DNA of 64,000 nt from the human T2T-CHM13v2.0 reference genome, Homo sapiens: assembly GCF_009914755.1 (NCBI RefSeq), contig NC_060926.1. One strand, given 5' to 3'. This document shows, one piece after another, positions 14,310-27,269 of this stretch (position 1 is its first letter; the number at the start of each line of letters is the position of its first letter). The position numbers and the translations under genes are program-made. The notes under the pieces are model-generated. The model searched no databases, was not told the origin of the DNA, and saw only the letters and a list, made by a program, of their open reading frames with translations.

Positions 14310-15499
14310 GGCCCTTCCTTTATTTTCAAAGACAGAAACATTGTATTTCTCTGACCCTTCTTATGAGAAATCTCTCTTTTTCTCTGATTAACTAGAGAAG
14401 ACTGCTTTTGAAGACTCATGTTATTAGACTGGGCCACCTTGATAACCCTGGATCGTATTTGCAAAGTCCTTTTGCCATGTCAGATAGCATATTTGCTGGT
14501 TCCAAGATAGGATGTGTGCATCTTTGAGGGAAACTTTATTTAGCTACATCTACATCTTAGCAGAATTCAGGCCCCTCCCATAATGTTAACAGGCCCTATT
14601 TAAATAATATGTTGATTTCAATGCGCTACCTTCATAACTTTGCTGCCATAGATTCTAGTCCTTGCAGAGTGTCTTCCTCAGTTTTTGCACTACAGGCATA
14701 GAAGACATCTCATTTTTGGTTCTGAATACTTCTGCTACTGCCATAGCTCTGCTAGTCATTTTAGTTCTGCCAAAAAAGAAGAGATAACTTCTTAATTTCC
14801 ATGCAAATTGATTTCTATTAGAGCCATAACATCAGGTTTTCTGAAATGTCCTGACATGTTTAAATTTCAGTAGGGGTAGTTTTGCTCACATTGAATTCTT
14901 ATGACAGTTAAAAGGTCATTTACTGTGAAGTTGACTCTTAGTCAAGTATCTGTAAGTATCTGTTATAGGAATACATTAAGACTGAAACGAAATCATCTTG
15001 AGGGCCTAGAAACCATAGTAGGTCTTTGAGCAGAAATGCTAAATTGTTGAAGCTTCAAGCATCCAGCATATTTTTTAGCATGAACTACATATAAATCTCA
15101 CAACTTTTTTGTTGGAGCCAACCACATTTGCCAGTGGAGGCAGTGACCTGCTTTGTAGTATGGTTTGAAATGAACTAGATCAGGCTTCTATCAAACTACT
15201 AGGCATGTGGACCAAGAATGTATATTTTGAAAAAGCACCCAATTACTTCTGATATGCACTCCTGTTTAACAACAAATTGATTAGGTGCTAAGATTCATTC
15301 ACAGAGTAGCACCCTGAGGAATTAACTCAAAGATTGGTGAAGATGGAAAAAATTACACATTACCCTTAGTCTAAAACGTGGGCACTTTGAGAGAGGTAAG
15401 TTCTGAGTAAGTATTAAAGAAGAGGAATCTATGTAGGTCAGGAGCTCTGTGCCCATTGAGTACCTAATACTCAACTTTTTTCTGTGGTTTTATGAAACA

Positions 15500-15595
15500 A
15501 GTATAGTCTGGGAGCAGAAGCCCTGCTGTCTAATTTTTTGTGTCCTTGGTCAAGTTAATTTACCTACCTGGGCCTCCTTATTAAAACAAGATACC
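15500..15595 (+). mobile_element. MIR fragment
   Basis: tgtgtccttggtcaagttaatttacctacctgggcctc, MIR core-like. Confidence 0.5.
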
Positions 15596-15611
15596 TGAGC
15601 CATATGACCAC

Positions 15612-15700
15612 TGTGATGGTTACTTTTATATATCCAATTGACAGGGCCATGGGATGCCCAGAAATGTGATTAAATATTATTTCTGGGTGTTTCTGAATTA
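15612..15700 (+). mobile_element. MLT2 (ERVL) LTR 5' fragment
   Basis: tgtgatggttacttttat...gggccatgggatgcccaga...ttctgggtgtttctg. Confidence 0.7.
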
Positions 15701-18700
15701 GGCGTCTCTCACATGAGTTCCACAACCATTCTCTATACTTTGTTATATAAATTTAGTATCAAGTACATTCCAGGAAGAGAGTGAACATTTATCCAAAATT
15801 TATTTTATAAAAACGAATGTTGACTGCCCTCCAGCCACCATGTTGCCTGCCTATCTGGGCCTCACTCCCTGGTGCCAGCCATCATGGTAGCCAGAATTTT
15901 CCTTCCTAGAGGGAGGTAGAGCAAAATGGCCAAATAAAAGTCTCCGGTGATTGTGCCTCTACCGGAACACCAAATTGAACAACTATTCACATGGAGAAGT
16001 ACCTTAATAAGAACCCCAAATCAGGGAATTCTCCCTGACATTACCCAAGACTACCAAGACAGTACCTCTGAGTCTGCAAGAGCCACAGTGTTACTAAACT
16101 TGGGGTGCCCCCTATTGTAGTTATGGCTGCAGTGACCAAAGACTTAGATAATAACACTGAAATTCCTTTGAATATGTGGAAAGCCTTCCAAAGAAAAATG
16201 CACACAACAAGTCCAAACTGAGAAGACTAAAATAAATAACTCCTCAATGCCCAGACAGTGACAAACATCCATAAGAATCAAGGCCATCTTGGAAAAATTG
16301 TCTCATCAAATGAACTAAATAAAGCACCAGTGACCAATCCCAGGGAGACAGAGATATGTGACCTTTTATATGGATAATTCAAGATCATTGTTATGGAGAA
16401 GCTTAACGAAATTTAAGATAACACAGAGAAGAAAGAATCATATCAGATAAATTTAACAAAGAGATTATAAAGAATTAAACAATTAAAAAGAATTAAATAA
16501 TTAAACCATTAAATTGTTAATTAAAAAATTAAAAAGAATCAAGCAGAAATTCCAGAGCTGAAAAATGCAATTGACGTGCTGAAGAATTCATCAGAGTTTT
16601 AACAGCAGAATTGATCAAACAGAAGAAAGAATGAGTGAGCTCAAAGGCAGTCTATTTGAAAATACACAGAGGAGACAAAAGAGAAAGGAGACAAAAGAGA
16701 AAGGAGACAAAAACGAATAAAGCGTGCCTACAAATTTTAGAAAATAGGCTCAAAGGACAAACCTAAGGGTTATTGGCTTTAAAGAGGAGGTAGAGAGATC
16801 AGGGTAGAGAGTTTATTCAAAAGGATAATAACAGTGAAATTCCCAAACCTAGAGAAAGATTATCAATATTCAAGTACAAGAAGGTTATAGAACACCAAGC
16901 ATATTTAACCTAAAGAAGACTACCTCAAAGCATCTAATAATTGAACTTTCAAAGGTCAAGGATAAAGCAAGGATCCTAAGAGCAACAGGAGAAAAGAAAC
17001 AAATAACATACAAAAGAGCTCTAATGTCTGTCAGCAGACTCTTCAGTAGAAATTTTAGAGGCCAGGAGAGAGTGGCATGATCTATTTAAAGTGTTGAAGA
17101 AAAGAAAATGTTTACCCTAGAATAGTATACCAAGCAAACATATCCTTCAAACATGAAGGAAAATAAAGAAAAATAAAGTATTATTAGAGCTAAAGAGAGA
17201 GACCTCAATACAATAATAGCTGAAGACTTCAACACCCCACTTGCAGCACTGGACAGGTCTTCCAGATAGAAAGTCAACATAGAAACATCATAATTAATCT
17301 GCACTATAAACCAAATGAACCTAACAGATATTTATAGGACATTTCACCCAAGATCTACAGAATACAGAATACATATTCTTCTCCTCAGCACATGGATCAT
17401 TCTCAACAATAGACCATATTTTAGGCCAAAAGATAAGTCCTAAGACATTTTAGAAAATTGAAATCATATGTATCATCTTCTCTGACCATAACAGAATAAA
17501 ACTAGAGATCAATAACAAGAACAATTTTGGAAACTATAGAAAAACATAAAAATTAAACAACATACTCTTGGGTGGCCAGTGGGACAATGAAGAAATTAAG
17601 CAGAAAATTAAAAAATTTCTTGAAACAAATGAAAATAAAGCAAAACAGGTCAAAAATCTATGGGATACAGTAAAAGCAACACAAGAGGAAAGTTTATAGC
17701 AATAAGCACTTACATCAAAAAAGTAGAGAACATTGAAATAACCAACCTAATGATACATGTTAAAGACCAAGAAATGCAAGAGCAAACCAAACCCAAAATT
17801 AGTTGAAGAAAATTAATGAAGATCAAAGCAGAAATAAATAAAATTGAAATAAAAAATAAACAAAATGAAGTTAGTTTTTTGAAAAGACAAAACAAAATTA
17901 ACAAGCCTTTAGGCAAACTACTTAATTAAAAAAAGACTCAAATAAAATCAGAGATGAAAAAGAAACATTACAACCAATACCAGGGAAATTCATAGGATCC
18001 AGAGGCTGCTGCGTGTAACTGTATGCCAATAAATGGGAAAACATAGAAGAAATTGATAAATTCCTAGACATATACAACCTACCAAGATTAAACCATGAAG
18101 AAATAAAAAACCTGAACAAACTAATAAAATGTAATGAGATTAAAGCCAAAATAAAAAATCCTCCAGCAAGAAAATCCCAGGGCCTAATGGCTTTACTGCT
18201 GTATTTTACCAAACATTTATAGAAGAACTAATAACTACTCACTTCTCAAACTATTCTGAAAAAGAGAGAAGGAGACAATATTTCACAACTCATTCTAAAA
18301 GGCCAGTATTAGGCTGATACCAAAACTAGACAAAAACAGCAAAAAGCAAAACAAAAAATAAACAAAAACTACAGGCCAATATCCATGATCAACACTAATA
18401 AAAAAATTATCAATGAAATACCACAAATTCAACAACACACTAAAACAGCCATTCGTTATAACCAAGTGGGGTTTATCTGAAGAATTCAAGGATGATTCAA
18501 CATACCCAAATCAATCAGTGTAATACATCGTATCAACAGAATGAAGGAAAGAAACCATAAGATCATTTTGATTGATGCTAAAAAAGCATTTGATAAAATT
18601 CAACATTCCTTCATGATAACCCTCAAACAACTGGATATAGAAGGAACATACCTCAGCACAATAAAAGCCACATGTGACAGACCCACAACCAGTATTGTAC

Positions 18701-19567
18701 TAAATGGAGAAAAAGTGAAAGCTTTCCTCCAAGATCTGCAACATGACAAGGATGCCAACTTTCAGTACTGTTGCTCAACATATTACTGGAAGTCCTAGCT
18801 GAGAGAAATCAAGCAAGAAAAAGAAATAAAGGTCATCAAATTGGAAGAAATAAGTATAAATATTCTTGTTTGAAGATGATATTATCTTATATTTGAAAAA
18901 ACCTAATGATTCCACAAAAAAAACCTATTAGAACAGAGAAACAGAACAAACTCAGCAAACAAAAATCAGTAACATTTCTATATGCTAACAGTGAGCAATC
19001 TAAAAAAGAAATAAGAAAATAATCCCATTTACAATATCCATAAATAAAATTAAATACCTTATTAACCAAAGGTAGTGAAATTAGCCAAAGAAGTGAAAGT
19101 TCTCTACCATGAAAACTATAAAACATGAATACAAAAAATTGACAGGGACACCAAACAATGGAAAAAGTCTATGTTCATGGATCAGAAGAATCAATGTTGT
19201 TAAAACGTCCATATTACCCAATGCATTATACAGATTCAGTGCAATTTCTATCAAAATTACAATGATATTCTTCACAGAAATAGAAAAATCTATCCTAAAA
19301 TGTATATGGAACCACAGAAGACCCAGAATAGCCAAAGCTATCCTGAGAAAAATAACAAAACTGGACGAATCACATTACCTGTATTTAAATTATACTACAG
19401 AGCCATAGTGACCAAAACAGCTTGGCATTAAAAAAGATATGTAGATCAATGCAACAGAGTGAAAAAAAAAAACAGAAATAAATACATCTACAGTGAACTC
19501 ATTTTCAACAAAGGTGCCAAGAACATATATTGAGGAAACAGCAGTCTCTTCAGTAAATGGTGCTGAA

Positions 19568-19673
19568 TAAACTGTATATCCATATGCAGAATAATGACAT
19601 TAGATTCCTATCTCTCACTATAAACTGTATATCCATATGCAGAAAAATGAAATTAGATTCCTATCTCTCACTA
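19568..19673. repeat. 53-bp tandem duplication in L1 ORF2
   Basis: taaactgtatatccatatgcaga(a/t)...tctctcacta twice, 2 mismatches. Confidence 0.95.
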
Positions 19674-20911
19674 TATACAAAAATCAAATCAAAATAAAGA
19701 CTTAAACCGAGGGCCTCAAACTATGAAGCTGCTAAAAGAAAACAATAGAAAAACTTTCCAGGACATCAGACTCGGCAAATATTTCTGAAATAATGTCCCA
19801 AAAGCACAGGAAACCAAAGCAAAAATGGACAAATGAAATCACATCAAATTAAAAAGCTTCTGCCCAGCAAATGAAACAATCAAGTGAAGAGACAACCTGC
19901 AGAATAGAAAAAAAAAATTTGCAAACTATCTGACAAGAGATTAATAACCAAAATATATTAGGATCTCAAACAACTCTATAAAATATCTAATAATCTGATT
20001 AAAAATGGGGAAAAGATCTGAATAGTACGTATTTCTCAAAAGAAAACATACAGATGGCAAACTGGGACATAAAAAGGTGCTCAAAATCATATCATTAGAG
20101 AAATGCAAATCAAAACTACAATAAGGTATCATTTCACTCCAGTTAAAATGGCTTTTATTCAAAAGATAGGCATTAACAAATGCTTGTGATGATGTGAAAA
20201 AAAGGGGAGCTCTTGTACACAATGGGTTGGAGTGGACATTAGTACAATCACTATAGAGAACAGTGTGGAGGTTCCTCAAAAAACTAAAAATAGAACTACC
20301 ATACAATCTAGCAATCTCACTTCTAGGTTTATACCCCCCAAAAAGAAAATCTATATATCAAAGAGATATCTGTGTTCCTATGTTTACTGCAGCAGCATTC
20401 GCAATAGCCAAAACTTGTAAGCAACTTAAGTGTCCACTGACAGATGAATAGATAAAGGAAATGTAGTATACATACACAGTGGAGTACTATTGAGCTGTAA
20501 AAAAGAATGAGATCTTGTCATTAACCACAGTATGGATGGAACTGGAGGTCATTATGTTAAGTGAAATAAGCAGGCACAGAAAGACAAACTTTGTATATTC
20601 TCAGTTAATTGTGGGAGCTAAAAATTAAGACAATTGAACTCATGGAGATAAAATTCAATGGAAAACCACAAGAGTGACGGTTGCCAGAGGCTGAGAAGGA
20701 TAGTGGTGGAGTGGAGAGAGTGGGGATGGTGAATGGGTGGGAAAATATAGTTAGAATGAATCGGCTGTAGTATTTGATAGCATAACAGGGTGACTACAGC
20801 CAACAATAATTTATCATACATTTTAAAATAACTAAAAAACTAGAATTCAATTCTTTGTAACAGAACGAAGGGTGTAGCAGATACCCCATTTACCCTGATG
20901 TGGTTATTACA

Positions 20912-21020
20912 CATTGTATGTCTGTATCAAAATATCTGTATTGTATGCCTGTATCAAAATTGTATTTCTGTATCAAAATATTTGATGTCTGTCATTGTAT
21001 GTCTGTATCAAAATATCTCA
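20912..21020. repeat. Degenerate tandem repeat (ttgtatgtctgtatcaaaat, ~4 units) in the L1 3'UTR
   Basis: Seen directly. Confidence 0.9.
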
Positions 21021-21375
21021 TGTACCCCATAAATATATACACCTACTATGTACCCACAAAAAAGAGGGGCATTTCATAAAGTCAAAACAATCAATTGAAA
21101 AGGAAGTTATGACAATCTTAAATTTATATACATCAAGTAAAATGATTTAAAAGGAAGAAATAAAACTGTTATTGCAGATGTCAAAATAATAATAAATAAA
21201 TGTTACTGAAAATGTTTTAACAGTGTAATAAATTTCTCCTTCTAACCAAACAGAATGTCAAATATTCTTCAATAAAAAACATACTTATACTTTCTTGTCA
21301 CTTCATTTGCACCTGGCATTTCACCATTTGAAGAAGCAGCCAGAAAACATAACTGTAGCTTTTTGGTTTTCTGGT

Positions 21376-21416
21376 GTGTGCATGCGTGTGTGTGTGTGAG
21401 TGTATGTGTGTGTGTG
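21376..21416. repeat. Imperfect (TG)n microsatellite
   Basis: Seen directly. Confidence 0.9.
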
Positions 21417-22497
21417 GTGGGGGGCAAATTAATGTCAAAGCATATCATAGATGAGGAAATTAAGTAGAAGTGGATATTTACTACAAGTTATTTTTGCAAA
21501 ATTTATTCTTTTTATTTGGCAGAACGTTTGTCTTCTTTCTTTCTGTTATTATACTGTTCCCTAGGGTAATTCTAGCTCCAGTGCATGCATAGAAACACAC
21601 AGTGAATAGGCATTTTACAAATATACTTCCCAGGGTACCCACTTTCCAGATCTTTGATTTTCTTGTGAAATCCTAGAGGAACATAAGCTATACAGATTTT
21701 ACTGTGCTACAAATTGATACAGTGTATGCCATGATAGATATTATAAAATAGTGAGAGAAATAAGATTATCTCCAAAGAGGAAATAATGTTTACTTTGTAA
21801 AAAAAAATTTTCTGCAAATATATCATTACTATCATCTCTGACATGAAGAAACCAGAGACGCAATTGCTAAAGAGAAGGTCTGGTAAAGGATAACAAAACT
21901 TTTAGTGCTGAAAGTAGGTAAGTCCCCAGGAAACCACAACTAGTTAGTTATTTTAGGATTAGTTACTTCGAAAGCTTCTTGCCCAAAATTGTATTTGAAG
22001 ATTGTATTGGGGAAGAGATCAGAGCTGAGAAAGTTAACTCTAAGCACAACTATCAGACAAGAATGAAAAACATAACATGAAATGAGCTTCATGGCCCAAG
22101 TAAAACCAGTCTGGGCACCAGAAAACCAAGAAAGAACACCAGAAGTTTTTAGGGACTTCGGCTTAATTTTTTTTAATTACACAACTGATATATGAGTAGA
22201 TTATCATTATACGGAAGTTTGCAGACTGTAACGTTCAGACTGTTCTTTTACAACCCCTTCACTCCTTCTCCTTTGTCTACAGCTAACTGGTGATCACAGT
22301 TTGGTGAATGACTTCACATATTTTTTTCCACATACATGTCATATTACATATTTGTTTTTGTTACTTGCTGTTTTCACTTACCTGTTTTTCGAGGCTATTT
22401 TCCAGTCAGTGCCTAGAGATCAAACTCTCTTTTCAAAAACGAGTGTCACATTTTATGAAATTTTCCATAGATACGTGGTGACTTAGTTAACTATTGA

Positions 22498-22870
<373 letters not shown>

Positions 22871-22917
22871 ACACGTACATCTTTATGCACAGAATGAAGT
22901 ATTACTGTAAAATATTC

Positions 22918-23145
22918 ACAATAATAATGGTAATTAACATGTATTTGGAGTTTAACCATGTGTCAAACTCTATGTTAAGCATTTTGCATCACATTTAATC
23001 TTCATAATTCTGAATAAGTTGCTATGATATCCCCATTTTACAGATAAAGAGGCTGAAGTTCAGAGAAGTTAAGTTTAAGATAGTTATGTTAGGTATGAAC
23101 AAGGCCAAAGAGGATGCAAGCCCAGGCAGCAGTTCTCCAGAGCTG
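22918..23145 (-). mobile_element. MIR (MIRb-like)
   Basis: Core ccccattttacagataaagaggctgaagttcagagaagttaag. Confidence 0.85.
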
Positions 23146-23564
23146 GGTCAGAGGTTGCATAGATGGATGCAGTTTGTATCTAGAAATCATTAAGTTACTG
23201 AAAACCTATATGCTTTAAATTGTGTTTGTAGGAATTTTTCTGTTCTAAGTAAACAAGATGTTGGCCAATACTCATTCAAAAGCTTAGAGTCTCTATTGTC
23301 ACCTCATATGCACCGTATATTTTCCCTCTAGACAAATCATCCAGGAAACACAGATACAATTTTTACTTGACTTAATAATGCCAAATTTCCTTTAAAGAGT
23401 GTTTCATTAGACAGAAATTACAAATTCTGATGCCTCTGGGGTATGACAGCTAAAATCTCAGTTCAGGTCTTTAAGCATATTTCTAAGGGTTTTTATTAAC
23501 AAATTATTTTTAAGTCAAAATGAATGAGACTAATTACTTTAAAAATATTTTTGATAATATAAAA

Positions 23565-23688
23565 TGGGTACAGTGACATGTGTCTGTATTCCCACATTCA
23601 TGGGAGGCTAAGGTAGGAGAATCACTTGAGGCCAGGGGTTCAAGACCAGCCTGGTCAAAATGGCAAGACCCTATCTCTCAAAGAAAAT
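23565..23688 (+). mobile_element. FLAM-type Alu monomer
   Basis: Single ~120-bp arm ending gcaagaccctatctctcaaagaaaa; degenerate TSD ataatataaaat / ataatatgagat. Confidence 0.8.
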
Positions 23689-24248
23689 TAATAATATGAG
23701 ATAATATCTTTTTTAAAAAAGTTGCTTTATACTGAGGGAAAACTGATATTACTTCATTTTTTAACTCGTATTTCCTTAACCATTATCTTATGTCATTCAC
23801 ATTTTTTCATTGTAAAATTTCTATTTTTATCCTTTATTCAATTTCTGTATTGGTTTGACTTTTTTATTTATGGAAACTTTTTACATATTCTGTATAACAG
23901 TCTTGTGGTATATCTTTCAAATATTTTATATAATTATTATAATTTATTTAGTGGAGACATAGAAATACAAGTGTTGCCATTAGTTCCAATTAATAACAGA
24001 TTTTCTATAATTGGTCACTGTACTGGAGGTGGATAAATAAAAGCTCCTAATTGTGATTGTTGTAGATTCAAAGATTCCTCTGTCATGTATATCTATAATA
24101 TACATGTATATATTTGTGCAGTAACTTTAAGAATATAGCTGAGAATCCACTGAATATGATGCAGCAAAATGTACATACTTGAAACTGAATGATGATAACA
24201 TCGGGAGTTCTCAGCAGGCCTACTTGTCCAACACATAGTAACGGTTAA

Positions 24249-24584
<336 letters not shown>

Positions 24585-25185
24585 CACTTTTTTTTTTTTT
24601 TCGTGGTGATAGCTATGTACCGGTTTTCTCTTTTTTTGAAATTGTGGCACATATAAACCTGTTTATGAGGAAAGCCACTAGTTCATTTTTTTGTGACTTC
24701 AATGTAAAACCATGAACAATTATCTCAGGTACTCACGATAAAAGGGAGAAATCTTAATACTAGAATCACTTTTCAAAATGGAATTTAGGTAATTTTATGA
24801 AAATTGAATTTAAATTTTATTAAAAAATAGATTATGCTCATTTAAAATAATTCAAATAATGCAAAAAGTTATAGAGTGAAAGTGAGAATCTGCCTCTACT
24901 CCTTTCTACCTCACGTCCTAAAATTAAGCTCAGTTCCTATATTCTTAAACATCTTTGTCAGAGATTAGTTTTCTTTGCTATGTTTTTCTGTATTTTTATT
25001 GGTTTCAAGGGAATTTTCATTTGCTTGTTAAAGCACCTCTATGAAGCCTACTTTCAAATTATTTTCAGATGATTCTAGTATCTGATTCATCTTGATATTG
25101 CCATTAGTTGATTTTCTTTTCTTGTTATGATGAGTTACTTTTACCTGTATTGTAGACATTTTGATGATTATATTAGGAGACTCTA

Positions 25186-25559
<374 letters not shown>

Positions 25560-25659
25560 TAAATCTTATATTTTTATAAGCAGTTACATGCTTAGGTTTA
25601 GCACACAGCTCCAGGCTTATTTTGTGGGCTATGGTTCTAGCAACAATCCAATTTTTAAA

Positions 25660-26385
25660 AATTGTGTGCTTCAATGGTTTTTAGTATAATCACTGATATA
25701 TGCAACCATCACTACAGTCAATTTTAGAGCACTGTCCTTATACCAAGAGAATCCCTTATACTTCTCTGTGTAACTCATTATACCAAGAGAATCCATTATC
25801 CTTTTATAATTCATTATACAAAGAGAAGGTGATTTCAGAAACACCTCCCTATCTTCCAGCCAGCTCTAAGCAACTATGATTCTACTTTTTATGTCTTTAT
25901 AAAAATTCCAGTTCAACATTCCACATAAATCGATTCATAGAATGCATGATCTTTTGTGCCTGGCTTATTTTGCTTAGCATAATGTTTTCCAGCTTCATCC
26001 ATGTTGTAGCCTGTATGAGGACTTTATTCCCTTTCATAACTGAATAATTTTCCATTTTATGGAAATACCATATTTTGTTTATCCATTCATCAATTGATAG
26101 ATATATGGACTGTTTCCACAGTTTGGCTATTGTGAATAGAGCTGCTATGAATATTTGTGTATAACATTTTTGTTCGAACACCTTTGATTCTTTGGGTTAT
26201 ATACCTAGGAGTGGAATTGCTGGGTCATGCAATGATTTTATGTTTAATTTTTGAAGAACCACCAAAATGGATACCACAGTGGCTGTACCATTTTGCATTC
26301 TTGCCAGCAATATATGGGCTCCAATTTCTCCACATTGTCACCAACATTTGTGACTTCCTATTTTTTGTGTTTTTTGGTTTGTTTT
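25660..26385 (-). mobile_element. L1MB-like 3' fragment
   Basis: ORF 25897-26181 matches the ORF2 C-terminus (FIAALFTIAK...WINKIW...MKLENIMLS); L1MB-type 3'UTR. Confidence 0.85.
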
Positions 26386-27269
26386 TAAACAATTTTGCCT
26401 TTATAGTCTTTACACTGCTATTTTTGTCTGCTTAGTTTATTTGATGGCACTAGGCTCTTGCTAGACCCTGCTAGCGCTTCCTGAGAGGAGGAAGGAGTCT
26501 CCGAAAACTGGGCTGCCTGGTTCCTCTAGGTGGAGAAAGGAGTCTCCCTCTTCCCAGGGGATAGAGTGCTTCTGGGGTAGATTCTTATTGCAGCTGGACC
26601 CCCTTTGCCAGTGCCACCCACTCACCCAGCCTCTTGATGAGTGAGGAGAGTCTCATATCTACAGGAACAAAGAAGCTTCCCCAGCTATACGGCTAGTTTG
26701 CTTGCTGTGGCTCCCCATTGCTGGTGCTTCCTGACTGCTCAGCGTTTCTTTGTGGGAAAGCAGAATCTCAGGCTTTATGCAGAAGGGGCTCACATTTCTT
26801 GGTTGCTTATTTTTAGCATGGGTCTTGGTCACTCCCCATTGCATATGTTTCCTTGCTTCCCTGATATTGCTGACAGAATTCCTATTTGATTCAGGGGAGG
26901 AATGAACTACTTGGGCTGCCCTTCAATGCTATAGTGGAAATTTGGCACATTTGGGCTGGGTAGCCACTTTCTGTTGGGTAGAGGCTTGTAAAGGCCATGG
27001 GATACTATGTTTATCTTCCTGTTTTGTGATTACAAACTAGTTAACCTTTCACTTTCCACTTTGCGGAGTTCTCCTGCAGTTGCTTCTTGTATTACCAGGT
27101 TTATAGTTCTGAATAGTTGGGAGGAATGGAAAGAAATGAATCTATACCCTCTTATCCAAACTGGAAATCTAATTATGTCTTAATGTGTACGCCTGTACAA
27201 CTAAGCTCTGATTACTTAAGCATTGGGATCAGGTCTTACTTGATGTCTTCAGAGGTTAATTTAGTTTCT

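Larger units (their letters stand above)
15908..21065 (+). mobile_element. L1MA1-3-like element retaining its extreme 5' and 3' ends, with two large internal gaps (16024/16025 and ~17170)
   Basis: 5' start gagggaggtagagcaaaatggccaaata; ORF1 remnant ~16250-17160; ORF2 remnants (ORFs 18541, 19109, 20263); 3' end cacctactatgtacccacaaaaa. Confidence 0.92.

Noticed and set aside
15190-15285. Possible MER5-like DNA transposon end
   Set aside because: Similarity too weak to support by eye.
21830-21925. Consensus splice donor AG|GTAAGT at ~21917
   Set aside because: No convincing acceptor or reading frame; expected by chance.
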